Position numbers and translations under genes: made by a program. A stretch of 64,000 bases of DNA from Candidatus Latescibacterota bacterium (lineage in GTDB: Bacteria > Latescibacterota > UBA2968 > UBA8231), in the NCBI GenBank assembly GCA_964291625.2, contig OZ220090.1, positions 640,001-704,000 of the forward strand, in the 5' to 3' direction. The notes below the pieces were generated by a model that saw only the letters and a program-made list of their open reading frames with translations, had not been told where the DNA came from and did no database searches. This document shows positions 54,379-63,314 of this stretch, one piece after another (position 1 is the first letter of the stretch; each line of letters starts with the position of its first letter).

Positions 54379-55383
54379 TCAGGCCTCCCGCCGGGCGCGG
54401 ATCTCCTCGAAGCCCGTCAGGCTGTAGGCGATCCCCACGTAGTCGAGGAGGTTCGTCAGGCTGCGCAGGGCCACGCCGAAGCCGTCGACGCCGGAGAAGC
54501 CGCCGAACTGGCCGCCCCCCTTCAGGTGCGGCTCGAGGTCGAGGAAGACGCCGGGCACGCCGAGGCGCTTGAGGCGGCGCGTCAGGGCCGGCAGGCGGGT
54601 GCGGAAGTCGCGCAGGATCGCCTCGTGGCCCGAGTCGCCCTCGTCGGCGGGGACGAAGTTCTTCAGGCGCTCCTCGTCCACGTGCCCCTGCCACTCGAGG
54701 TCCGGGTCGATGCGGTAGTCCTTGACGTGCATCCAGCCGATGCCGGAGCGCATCGCCTCGTACTCGGCGTAGGTCTCGTGGGGCCGCAGGTTCTGGCTCG
54801 ACAGGTTGCCGCCGTCGAAGATCAGGCAGAGGTTGGGATGGGAGACCTTGCGGTGCAGCCGCCGCAGGAGGCGGCCGTTCTGACCCACGAGGTTGGCCTC
54901 CACCTCCAGGCCGAAGAGGACCCCTCCCCGGGCGCAGACCTCGGCGATGCGCGCCAGCCGTTCGGCGGCCTCGTCCACGTGGTCCTCCGGGGAGGCGCCG
55001 CGCGGGTGGTAGAAGGAGAACCCCCGCACCAGCCGCGTCTCGAACTCCCCCGCCAGATCGGCGGCGCGCTGCACCTCGCGGGCCAGGTAGCGCTCGAAGG
55101 GGACGTAGGCGTTGGCGCTGCCGTCCTCGATGTCGAGAAGCTTCACCTTGCCGATGGGCGAGCCGATGGAGGAGACGCGGATGCCGAACTCCTCGTGCAG
55201 CCGCCGCAGCCGGCGCACCTCGGCCTTGGTGAGGGTCATGACGTTCTTGACGCCGGACCCGGCGTCGACGAACCGCAGGCTGTACCAGGACATGCCGAGG
55301 GCCGCCAGCATGGTCAGCTGCGACTCGGCCTTCTTGTCGGCGGGGCCCTCGTCGGCGAAGCCGCTGAGGATCACTTCGGGCAT
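54379..55383 (-). CDS. Sugar phosphate isomerase/epimerase (xylose isomerase-like TIM barrel)
   Basis: LSGFADE, SSIGSPIGK, GLEVE, FDGGN, MHVKD, LEPHL. Confidence 0.85.
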   Translation of the reverse strand: MPEVILSGFADEGPADKKAESQLTMLAALGMSWYSLRFVDAGSGVKNVMTLTKAEVRRLRRLHEEFGIRVSSIGSPIGKVKLLDIEDGSANAYVPFERYLAREVQRAADLAGEFETRLVRGFSFYHPRGASPEDHVDEAAERLARIAEVCARGGVLFGLEVEANLVGQNGRLLRRLHRKVSHPNLCLIFDGGNLSSQNLRPHETYAEYEAMRSGIGWMHVKDYRIDPDLEWQGHVDEERLKNFVPADEGDSGHEAILRDFRTRLPALTRRLKRLGVPGVFLDLEPHLKGGGQFGGFSGVDGFGVALRSLTNLLDYVGIAYSLTGFEEIRARREA

Positions 55384-55431
55384 GGGGCGACTCCTCGGGG
55401 TGGGGGGAGAGGTTGAGAGGCGGATGGCGCC

Positions 55432-56850
55432 TCAGGCGGTATAGCCCTCCTCCATCTCCTGGTCGATGCGGTACTCCGGGGCCAGATTCTCGAAGCTGGC
55501 GCTCTCCTTGCTCCACATCAGGCGCACCGAACCGGTAGGCCCGTTGCGCTGCTTGGCGAGGATGATCTCCGCCTGGCCCTCGAGACTGCCGCCGTCGTCA
55601 TCGGACTTCAGCCCGTAGATCTCGGGGCGGTAGATGAACATGACCACGTCGGCGTCCTGCTCGAGGGAGCCCGACTCCCTCAGGTCGGAGAGCTGCGGGC
55701 GCCGGTCGGTGCGCGCCTCCGGGGCCCGCGACAACTGCGACAGGGCCATGACGGGCACGTTCAGCTCCTTGGCCATCGCCTTCAGCCCGCGGGAGATGCG
55801 CGACACCTCCTGCTCGCGGCTCTGCAGGCTCTCGTGGCTGCCCATCAGCTGCAGGTAGTCGATGATGACGAGATCGACGCCGTGCTCGCGCTTCAGGCGC
55901 CGGGCCTTGGCCCGCGCCTCCAGGACGCTGATGCCGGCCGTGTCGTCCACGTAGATCCGTGCCTGGGCGAGACGGCCCGCCTGGCGGGTCACGTGCAGCC
56001 AGTCGTCCTGCCCCAGATGCCCGGTGCGCAGCCTTTGCAGGTTGAACCCGGTCTCGATGGACAGCAGCCGCTGCGCCACCTGCTGCTTGGACATCTCGAG
56101 GGTGAATACGGCCACGCTCCTGCCATGCTGCATGGCGGCGCGGCTGGCGCAGCACAGGGCCAGGGCCGACTTGCCGACGCTCGGCCGGGCCGCCAGGAGG
56201 ATCAGGTCGCCGTACTGGAAACCGGAGGTGATCTCGTTGAGATCCTCGAAGCCGGTGTCGACGCCGGAGACGGCGCTGCGGTCTTCCTGGGCCTTCTCCA
56301 GCTGCTGGATGGTCTCGCCGAGGACCTGCTCGATGGGCTCGAACCCCTGGGTCAGCCCGCGCTCGGAGAGGGCGAAGATGCGCTGCTCGGCCCAGTCGAT
56401 CAGCTCGTGGACGTCGCTGCGCCCCTCGAATGCGCGGTTGGAGATCTCGGCCGAGGCTTCGATCAGGCCGCGGCTGAGTCCGCGCTCGACGACGATCCGG
56501 GCATGGTGCTCGATGTTGGCCGCCGAGGCCACGCCGGCGGCGAGCTCGGCGAGGTAGACGACGCCCCCCGCCGGCTCCAGCTGCCCCCGGCGCTTGAGCT
56601 CCTCGCCGACGGTGAGCTGATCGACGGCCTCGTTGCGCTCGTAGAGCTCGCTCATGGCGGCGAAGATGCGGGCGTGGGGGCCGTGGTAGAAGACCTCCTC
56701 CTCGAGGAGCTCGATGGCGCGGCCCACGGCGCGCGGGTCGATCAGCATCGCTCCGAGGACGGCCTGCTCCACCTCCACCGCCTGCGGCGGCATGCGGTCG
56801 AGGCGCTGGCCCTGGGGCTGCCCCTCGCGGCCGTTCGGCGGCTGGGTCAT
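55432..56850 (-). CDS. dnaB: Replicative DNA helicase
   Basis: PPQAVEVEQAVLGA, AARPSVGKS, IDYLQLM, LSQLSR, DLRESGSLEQDAD, KQRNGPTG; no intein. Confidence 0.97.
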   Translation of the reverse strand: MTQPPNGREGQPQGQRLDRMPPQAVEVEQAVLGAMLIDPRAVGRAIELLEEEVFYHGPHARIFAAMSELYERNEAVDQLTVGEELKRRGQLEPAGGVVYLAELAAGVASAANIEHHARIVVERGLSRGLIEASAEISNRAFEGRSDVHELIDWAEQRIFALSERGLTQGFEPIEQVLGETIQQLEKAQEDRSAVSGVDTGFEDLNEITSGFQYGDLILLAARPSVGKSALALCCASRAAMQHGRSVAVFTLEMSKQQVAQRLLSIETGFNLQRLRTGHLGQDDWLHVTRQAGRLAQARIYVDDTAGISVLEARAKARRLKREHGVDLVIIDYLQLMGSHESLQSREQEVSRISRGLKAMAKELNVPVMALSQLSRAPEARTDRRPQLSDLRESGSLEQDADVVMFIYRPEIYGLKSDDDGGSLEGQAEIILAKQRNGPTGSVRLMWSKESASFENLAPEYRIDQEMEEGYTA

Positions 56851-57659
56851 TTCCTGCCCCTCGGCTCGACGCCGTCGTACTGGCGGCGCACCCACTTGAC
56901 GTCCTCCCAGGTGGGCCGCCTGAGCCCGCGGTTGCGAAGCAGCGCCGCCGGGTGGTAGGTGACGATCAGCGGGATGCCCGCGTACTCGTGCAGGGAGCCC
57001 CTCAGGCGCGACAGGGGCGCATCGGTCTTGAGCAGGGCGTGGGCGGCGTGCCGCCCGAGGCAGCAGATCACCTTCGGCTGCACGATCTCGATCTGCCGGC
57101 GCAGGTAGGGCTCGCAGGTGGCCACCTCCTCGGGCGCGGGATCCCGGTTGCCGGGGGGGCGGCACTTCAGGACGTTGCAGATGTAGACCTCCTCCCGGGC
57201 AAGCTCCATGGCCTCGATGATAGTGGTCAGGAGCCGGCCCGCGGGCCCCACGAAGGGAAGCCCCTGCCGGTCCTCCTCCTCGCCGGGGGCCTCGCCGACG
57301 AACATGATCCCGGCCTCGGGGTTGCCCGAGCCAAAGACGAAGCGGGTCCGCGTGTGCCCGAGGGGACAGCGGGTGCACTCGCAGATCTCGTCGTGGAAGG
57401 AGGACAGCACCGCCGCGGCCGGGACGGGGCCTTCGTCGGCGGCCGAGCCCTCTCCCCCGGCCGGCTCCGCCCGTACGGGGGCCCCGGAGGCGGCCCCCGC
57501 GTCCGGGGGCGTCACGAACCAGCGCCCCTCGAAGAGGAGCAGGTCCTCCAGGCTGCGGCGGACCTCCGAGAGGACCTCGCAGGCCGCGGGCGGGGAAGCC
57601 TCATCCGGCTCGGGCTCGTGCACGGCGCCAAGATCATCCGGCTCCGGGAGCCGTGTCAA
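56847..57659 (-). CDS. Uracil-DNA glycosylase family 4
   Basis: [30 protein letters not shown]; start uncertain. Confidence 0.93.
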   Translation of the reverse strand: MTRLPEPDDLGAVHEPEPDEASPPAACEVLSEVRRSLEDLLLFEGRWFVTPPDAGAASGAPVRAEPAGGEGSAADEGPVPAAAVLSSFHDEICECTRCPLGHTRTRFVFGSGNPEAGIMFVGEAPGEEEDRQGLPFVGPAGRLLTTIIEAMELAREEVYICNVLKCRPPGNRDPAPEEVATCEPYLRRQIEIVQPKVICCLGRHAAHALLKTDAPLSRLRGSLHEYAGIPLIVTYHPAALLRNRGLRRPTWEDVKWVRRQYDGVEPRGRK

Positions 57660-58897
57660 CGAGAATCCTCCCCTTCCCCTGCCCCGCGGCGCCGCTGCCC
57701 AAGCAGGTCGCGGACGCGGTCGAGGAGACGGTCGGCCACCTCGAGCTTGCTCAACCGCGGGAGCCGCTCCGCGGTGCCGTCGCCGTCGAGAACGGTGACC
57801 ACGTTGGTGTCGCCGGCGAAGCCGGCGCCCGGCACGCGCAGATCGTTGAGGACGACGAGGTCCGCCCGCTTGCGCTCGCCCTTCTCCCGGGCCCGGAACT
57901 CCCCGTCCTCCGTCTCCATGGCGAAGGCCACCAGGACGCGGCCTCCCTTACGGGCCCCGAGGGTGGCGGCGATGTCCGGGTTCTCCACCAGCTCGAGCCC
58001 CAGCTGGCCGCCGCTGCGCTTGAGCTTCTCCGCGGAGATGTGCCGGGGCCGGTAGTCGGAGACGGCGGCGGCCATGAAGGCCGCGTCGACGGCCTCGAAG
58101 GCCGCCTCGCAGGCCTGCAGCATCTCGGCGGCGGAACGCACGAAGGTGGTGCGGACCCCCTCGGGCGGGGACAGCTCCACCGGACCGCTGACGAGGTGCA
58201 CGTCGGCGCCGCGCTGACGGGCGCGCCGGGCGAGGGCGAAGCCCATCTTGCCGCTGGAGCGGTTGCTCAGGAAACGCACCGGATCGAGGTCCTCCACCGT
58301 GGGGCCCGCCGTAACCAGGATCCGCAGGCCCTCCAGGTCTCCCCCGGAGGCGCCGGTGAGACGGTCCACGGCCGCCTCGAGGATGCCTTCCGGCGACGCC
58401 ATGCGGCCCCGGCCGGAGGCCCCCGAGGCGAGGTATCCGGCCTCCGGCTCGATCCATCCGGCGCCGGCGGCGCGCAGGCTCGCGGCGTTCGCCTGCACCC
58501 GGGGGTGCTCGAGCATCTCCTCCTCCATGGCCGGCGCCAGCAGGACGGGGGCGGGCGTGGCCAGGCAGATCGTCGTCAGCAGATCGTCGGCGATGCCGGC
58601 GGCCATCTTCCCCAGCAGGTTGGCCGTGGCCGGCGCCACCAGGAACAGCTCCGCCCACCTGGCCAGACCTACGTGGAGGACGGGGAACTCCTCGTCGGCG
58701 GCGAAGAGGTCGCCGTGGACGGGATGCCCCGAGAGCACCGAGAGGGTGGGGTCGGTGACGAACCGCGCCGCGCTGGCCGTGCGCACGACGCGCACCTCGG
58801 CGCCTTCCTCCTGCAGCAGGCGCAGCACGAGGGGCGCCTTGTACGCGGCGATGCCGCCGCTGACCCCGAGGAGGACCCGCCGCCCCTCCAGCCTCAT
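57656..58897 (-). CDS. coaBC: Bifunctional phosphopantothenoylcysteine decarboxylase/synthetase
   Basis: [46 protein letters not shown]. Confidence 0.96.
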   Translation of the reverse strand: MRLEGRRVLLGVSGGIAAYKAPLVLRLLQEEGAEVRVVRTASAARFVTDPTLSVLSGHPVHGDLFAADEEFPVLHVGLARWAELFLVAPATANLLGKMAAGIADDLLTTICLATPAPVLLAPAMEEEMLEHPRVQANAASLRAAGAGWIEPEAGYLASGASGRGRMASPEGILEAAVDRLTGASGGDLEGLRILVTAGPTVEDLDPVRFLSNRSSGKMGFALARRARQRGADVHLVSGPVELSPPEGVRTTFVRSAAEMLQACEAAFEAVDAAFMAAAVSDYRPRHISAEKLKRSGGQLGLELVENPDIAATLGARKGGRVLVAFAMETEDGEFRAREKGERKRADLVVLNDLRVPGAGFAGDTNVVTVLDGDGTAERLPRLSKLEVADRLLDRVRDLLGQRRRGAGEGEDSR

Positions 58898-59430
58898 GCG
58901 CATCCCTCCAGCAACAGCTCGACCCGCCGGACCAGGCCCTCGACATCGGCCCGGTCGGAGTGCAGGACCAGGTCGTAGATGGACAGGTCGGAGAGGTCGA
59001 TCCGGTGGTGCTCGGCGTAGCGCCGGCGTTCGGAGCGCTCGCGCGCGAGGATCGCCGTCTCCGCCTCTGCCGGGGACTGCCCGTCGCGGCCGGCGACGCG
59101 GCGCGCCCGGGTGGGGAGATCGGCCTGTACCCAGAGCTTGAGGGCGTCGAGATCGTGGCGGTGCATCATCCAGCCGGTGATCCGCCCTTCGAGGAGGCAG
59201 CCCGGTGCCTGCCGGGCCCGCTCGGTGAGGCGGTGGTCCAGGCGCCGGTCGATGCCGCCGTCGGCCTCGGCGCGGCTCCCCAGTTCGGTGAGGGAGATCC
59301 CCAACTCCGCCGCCAGGTCGCGGAAGATCCGGCCCACGTTGACGTGTTCCAGGCCGGTGCGCTCGGCGAGGCGCCGGCACAAGGTGCTGGTGCCGCTCCC
59401 GGGGAGGCCGCTGACCGTGATCCGCGTCAT
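58894..59430 (-). CDS. cmk: Cytidylate kinase, archaeal type
   Basis: ITVSGLPGSGTST, IFRDLA, IDRRLD, LEGR, RARRV..R, RRY..ID..DLSIYDLV; 178 aa. Confidence 0.85.
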   Translation of the reverse strand: MTRITVSGLPGSGTSTLCRRLAERTGLEHVNVGRIFRDLAAELGISLTELGSRAEADGGIDRRLDHRLTERARQAPGCLLEGRITGWMMHRHDLDALKLWVQADLPTRARRVAGRDGQSPAEAETAILARERSERRRYAEHHRIDLSDLSIYDLVLHSDRADVEGLVRRVELLLEGCA

Positions 59431-59446
59431 GTCGACGGGCTCCGCC

Positions 59447-60328
59447 TCAAGCCAGGTTCTGCACCTGCTCGCGCAACCGCTCCACCTCCTCCTTGGCCGC
59501 CACCGCCCGGTGGATGATGCCGCCGGCCGCGGACTTCGAGGAGAGGGTGTTGATCTCTCGGTGCATCTCCTGGAGCAGGAAGTTGAGCCGCCGGCCGACC
59601 TCCCCGCCCTGGTCGATCGTCTCCAGGAAACGGTCGAGATGGCTGCGCAGGCGCACGATCTCCTCGGTGATGTCGCTGCGCTCGGCGATGAGGACGATCT
59701 CGGTGGCCAGCCGGTCCTCGTCGACCGCGCCCGGCTCCAGCAGGGCTTCGACCTTCTCCCGCAGGCGGCGGCGCACCTCTTCCCGGCCCTCGGCCGCGAG
59801 TCGGTCGATGTCGTCGGTGAGCCCGGCGATGGCGGCCAGCCGGGTACGCAGGTCAGCGGCCAGCACCTCGCCCTCGGAGCGGCGCATCTCCTCGAGCCCG
59901 GAGAGGGCCTGATCGAGGGCCTGCGCCACGAGCTCCTCGAGCTGTTCCGGAGCCGGACCCCGGCTCCCGGGGCGAAAGACCCCCGGCATGCGGGCCACCA
60001 CCTCCAGCCCCACGGAGGGCAGGCCCGTCACTCCCGCCAGGTGATCCAGATCGGCCAGGTAGCGCTCGGCCGTCTCCAGATCGAGCTCGGGGAGGCCGGT
60101 GGAATCGGCCGTCTCCTCACACTCGATCGTCCCCGTCACCTTGCCCCGCGTCAGCCGGCCCTGGAGGCGCTCCCGGACCCGCGGCTCGAGTTCCTGCAGG
60201 GGCCCGGGACACCGTACCGAGAGGTCGAGGAACCGGCCGTTGACCGAGCGCAGAACCGCCCGCACCCGGAGCCCCTCCGCCTCGGCGCTGCCCGTGCCGA
60301 ACCCCGTCATGCTCGCAATCCCGCCCAC
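59447..60328 (-). CDS. YicC/YloC family endoribonuclease
   Basis: SMTGFG, RSVNGRFLD, DITEEIVRL, GRRLNFLLQEMHREINT, REQVQN. Confidence 0.93.
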   Translation of the reverse strand: MGGIASMTGFGTGSAEAEGLRVRAVLRSVNGRFLDLSVRCPGPLQELEPRVRERLQGRLTRGKVTGTIECEETADSTGLPELDLETAERYLADLDHLAGVTGLPSVGLEVVARMPGVFRPGSRGPAPEQLEELVAQALDQALSGLEEMRRSEGEVLAADLRTRLAAIAGLTDDIDRLAAEGREEVRRRLREKVEALLEPGAVDEDRLATEIVLIAERSDITEEIVRLRSHLDRFLETIDQGGEVGRRLNFLLQEMHREINTLSSKSAAGGIIHRAVAAKEEVERLREQVQNLA

Positions 60329-60336
60329 CGGATCCC

Positions 60337-61605
60337 CTATCTCCCCGGGTCCACGGCCACCTGCACGATGGAGGTAAACCCGGTGAGCCGGGCCCGGTAC
60401 GTCAAGCCCCCGAGGGTGATCTTGCTGAGCTCCGTCTCCTCCACCACCCAGAGCTGCTCGTTGACGCCGTCGATCACGACGCCCCTTGCGGCCGCCGCCT
60501 CCGGCCAGTGCCGGAGCGCTCCGCCGTCGGGCTGCAGGGCGGCGATGCCGCCCTCCCCCGCGATCCAGAGATCGCCCGTTCTGGAGTCCACGTCCATCTG
60601 GCGCGCCGGGGCGAAAGGCAGCTCGAGCTGCTCGAGCCCGCTCTCCGGCAGGAGTCGCAGGAGGGCGTTGCCGCCCGCGATCAGGGCCCAGGCCTGGCAG
60701 CACTCGCCGGCCACGGGATCGACGTCGACGAGGCCCTCCAGGCCGCGCCACTCACCGAGGCGGACGCCGGCGGCGTCGACGTGCAGAACCCGTTCGCCGG
60801 GCCCGTCGGCCACCCAGAGGCTGCCCGCCGCTCCCAGGGCGAGACCGACGGAGTCGGAGAAGGCGGCGTCGAGCTCCACCAGGGACAGGGTGTCGCCGAG
60901 GGCGGCCACGGAGAACCGGTAGACCCGGCGGCCGCTGGCGGTGACCGCCCATCCGGTCCGCCCGTCGGCGTCGATGACCGTGGCTCCGGCTTCCTCCAAG
61001 GTCGATTCCACCGGGTGGACGTCGCCGTCCTCGGTGATCCGGTAGAGCCCGATGGAGCCGTCGCCCACCCAGCAGTCGCCGGTCTCGCCGTCGATGGCGA
61101 TCGCCGACAGGGACGGGAAGTACCCCTGGGCGAAGAGACCCTGGCGTCCGTCGGGGGTCAGCCGCCAGACGAGACCGCTGCCACCGTCGGCCACCCAGAC
61201 CCGCTCGGGGCCGGGCGTGGCCAGGTGCTCGCCGGCGATGGCCAGCTCCGGCTCCCCGGTCACGTCGAGGGCGATGCGGTAGCTGTAGATGCGGCCGTTG
61301 GTCACCGACCGGTCGACGAAGCTGGTGTCCGTGGCCGGGAGTTCCCGCGTCAGGGTGCTGTCGCCGCTCTCCCGGTAGAGGCGCACCCCACGCACGTCTT
61401 CGAAGCGGGTGAAGTCCCAGCGCAACTCGACCTGTCCGTCCCCGGCCAGGGCCCGCAGGGGGCTGGCCAGGTCCAGGGGTTCGGAGGCGCCGGCATCCAG
61501 CGGATTCCGGCGCGAGCGATCGGCGCAGGACAGGACCACCAGCGCCGCCAGGGCGAGTCCGGCCGCGGGCCTCCGGAGGCGTCTGGGGATCATCGTTCGC
61601 AGCAT
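60337..61605 (-). CDS. Lipoprotein with FN3-like domain and beta-propeller repeats
   Basis: Lipobox VLSC then RRNPLD; GDGQVELRW..YRE..YSYRI; repeated VWVAD/CWVGD/LWVAD/LWIA blades. Confidence 0.75.
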   Translation of the reverse strand: MLRTMIPRRLRRPAAGLALAALVVLSCADRSRRNPLDAGASEPLDLASPLRALAGDGQVELRWDFTRFEDVRGVRLYRESGDSTLTRELPATDTSFVDRSVTNGRIYSYRIALDVTGEPELAIAGEHLATPGPERVWVADGGSGLVWRLTPDGRQGLFAQGYFPSLSAIAIDGETGDCWVGDGSIGLYRITEDGDVHPVESTLEEAGATVIDADGRTGWAVTASGRRVYRFSVAALGDTLSLVELDAAFSDSVGLALGAAGSLWVADGPGERVLHVDAAGVRLGEWRGLEGLVDVDPVAGECCQAWALIAGGNALLRLLPESGLEQLELPFAPARQMDVDSRTGDLWIAGEGGIAALQPDGGALRHWPEAAAARGVVIDGVNEQLWVVEETELSKITLGGLTYRARLTGFTSIVQVAVDPGR

Positions 61606-61606
61606 T

Positions 61607-62116
61607 CTAGAAGAAAACCAGGCAGGCGGTGAGCACGACCCCGGCTTCCATCGTCAGGAAGGCGGCGCCGGCGATGCGGTCGTAGCGCTCGGCCCGTTCG
61701 AAGGCCTGCTGCTGCCGTCGGGCGCCCGCCGAGCGCAGGTAGCGGTCGTACGCGGCATCCGCCTCGCCGGTGCTCCACCAGGCGACGGCGGCCCCGGTGA
61801 CGGCCAGGGCCGCGGTGGCCGCCAGGGCCGGCCGCCAGATCGTCTCCGTCCGCTGCGGCGGTTTCGTCTGGGCCCGCTGTTGCGAGAGCCGCTCCCCGGC
61901 CACCAGGGGCCAGGCCATCGGCCCGGTCCCGAGCCGCGCTCCGAAGAGGCCGGCCTGGAGGCGGGGCTCGGCCTCCGGACGCGGAACCGCCCACAGCCCC
62001 GGGAGCGCCATCGAGCCCGCCTGCCACGGCCCGCCGCTCGGCGGATGCGGACCAAGCCCCGCGGCCGCCAGGGCCGCCGAGGCCGAGAGCAGGATCGCCA
62101 TCGCCAGCCGCACCAT
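61607..62116 (-). CDS. Hypothetical exported/membrane protein with C-terminal hydrophobic hairpin
   Basis: Signal-like N-terminus; two hydrophobic segments flanking ADAAYDRY..AERYD; 1-nt gaps to both neighbours. Confidence 0.7.
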   Translation of the reverse strand: MVRLAMAILLSASAALAAAGLGPHPPSGGPWQAGSMALPGLWAVPRPEAEPRLQAGLFGARLGTGPMAWPLVAGERLSQQRAQTKPPQRTETIWRPALAATAALAVTGAAVAWWSTGEADAAYDRYLRSAGARRQQQAFERAERYDRIAGAAFLTMEAGVVLTACLVFF

Positions 62117-62117
62117 C

Positions 62118-63314
62118 TCATCTCCCCCGGAACAGGTAGAGGGTGCCGGTCTCGCTCGTCACCGCCAGCAGCCGGCCGCTGACGGCGACGGAGGTGAGCA
62201 CCGGCCCATCGAGGGCATAGCGCCACCGGACGACGCCCCCGTCTCCGCCGACGGCATGGAGGAAGCTGCCTCCGGAGCCGAGGTAGAGGGTCTTCGCCGT
62301 GCTCACGGCAGGGGCGCGCACGACCCCGCCGGTCTCGAAGCGCCAGCGCTGCCCGCCGCTCTCGGGGTCGAAGGCGTACAGGGCCTGATCGCTCGAGCCC
62401 AGGGCGATGACCCCGGCGCCGCGGCTCAGGCCCTCGGCGGGGAGCCCGTTCACCCGGGCCGTCCACAGAGTCGAGCCGTCCTCGGCCCTCAGGGCGTGGA
62501 CGGAGCCGTCGGCCGTGGCCACCCAGAGGCGGCCGGCCCCGGCGTCGATGGCCGGACGGGTGCGGATGGCGGCGCCCAGGGCCCGGCGCCAGAGGACCTC
62601 GCCGCTGTCGGCGGAGGCGGCCACCAGCTCGCCCGTGGAGTCGCCCACGTAGACGGCCCCGCCACCGAGGCTGGCGGCGCTCACCAGGCGGCCGGGCAGG
62701 TCGATCTCCCAGAGGAGGCCGCCGCGGTCCGGGTCCAGCGCCTCCAGGCGGCCCGACTCCACGGCGGCGTACACCCGGCCGCCGGCGACGGCGGGCGGGG
62801 CGCAGACCTCCCCCGGCCGGCGCCAGGCGGCCTCTCCCGAGGCCCGGTGCACGGCGTGGAGGCCGGCGCCGCGGCCGGTCGTGGCCATCAGCAGCAGTTG
62901 CCCGCGCCCGCCGGCGAGGGCGGCGGCGGCGCACAGGGGACGGTCCAGGCGCCGGCGGCCGACGCGGGTGCCGGTGGCCAGATCGAAGGCGAGAGCATCG
63001 GTCCTTCGGGTCAGCTGCAGCACCAGCGGCCCGGCGATCAGAGGCCCGCCGAGGGGCGCCCCCCCCACCGCCTGCCGCCACACCAGCGAGAGCGGCGGCT
63101 CCGGGCCCTCGAGCGCGGCGTGGAGCCCGTCGGGGGACCCGCCCTCCTGCACCCAGGCCGGGCCCGCCCCGCCCTCCCAGGGCGCGAAGAGGTTCTCGGG
63201 GCCGCAGCCGCAGAGGACGGCCAGCAGCCACGGGACCCCCCACTGGAGGACCGGGCGGGACCGGCGGGCCGGATCAGTAGTCCCAGCCGAAGAAGAAGTC
63301 CCAGCGTGTGTCAC
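62118..63314 (-). CDS. PQQ-like beta-propeller (BamB-like) lipoprotein; start uncertain
   Basis: Lipobox LCGC; repeated A.D..G..LW motifs; the nearest in-frame GTG (63314) overlaps the upstream gene. Confidence 0.8.
   Translation of the reverse strand: MTHAGTSSSAGTTDPARRSRPVLQWGVPWLLAVLCGCGPENLFAPWEGGAGPAWVQEGGSPDGLHAALEGPEPPLSLVWRQAVGGAPLGGPLIAGPLVLQLTRRTDALAFDLATGTRVGRRRLDRPLCAAAALAGGRGQLLLMATTGRGAGLHAVHRASGEAAWRRPGEVCAPPAVAGGRVYAAVESGRLEALDPDRGGLLWEIDLPGRLVSAASLGGGAVYVGDSTGELVAASADSGEVLWRRALGAAIRTRPAIDAGAGRLWVATADGSVHALRAEDGSTLWTARVNGLPAEGLSRGAGVIALGSSDQALYAFDPESGGQRWRFETGGVVRAPAVSTAKTLYLGSGGSFLHAVGGDGGVVRWRYALDGPVLTSVAVSGRLLAVTSETGTLYLFRGR

Noticed and set aside
55432-56850. Intein in DnaB
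   Set aside because: Normal length (472 aa) with contiguous helicase motifs.
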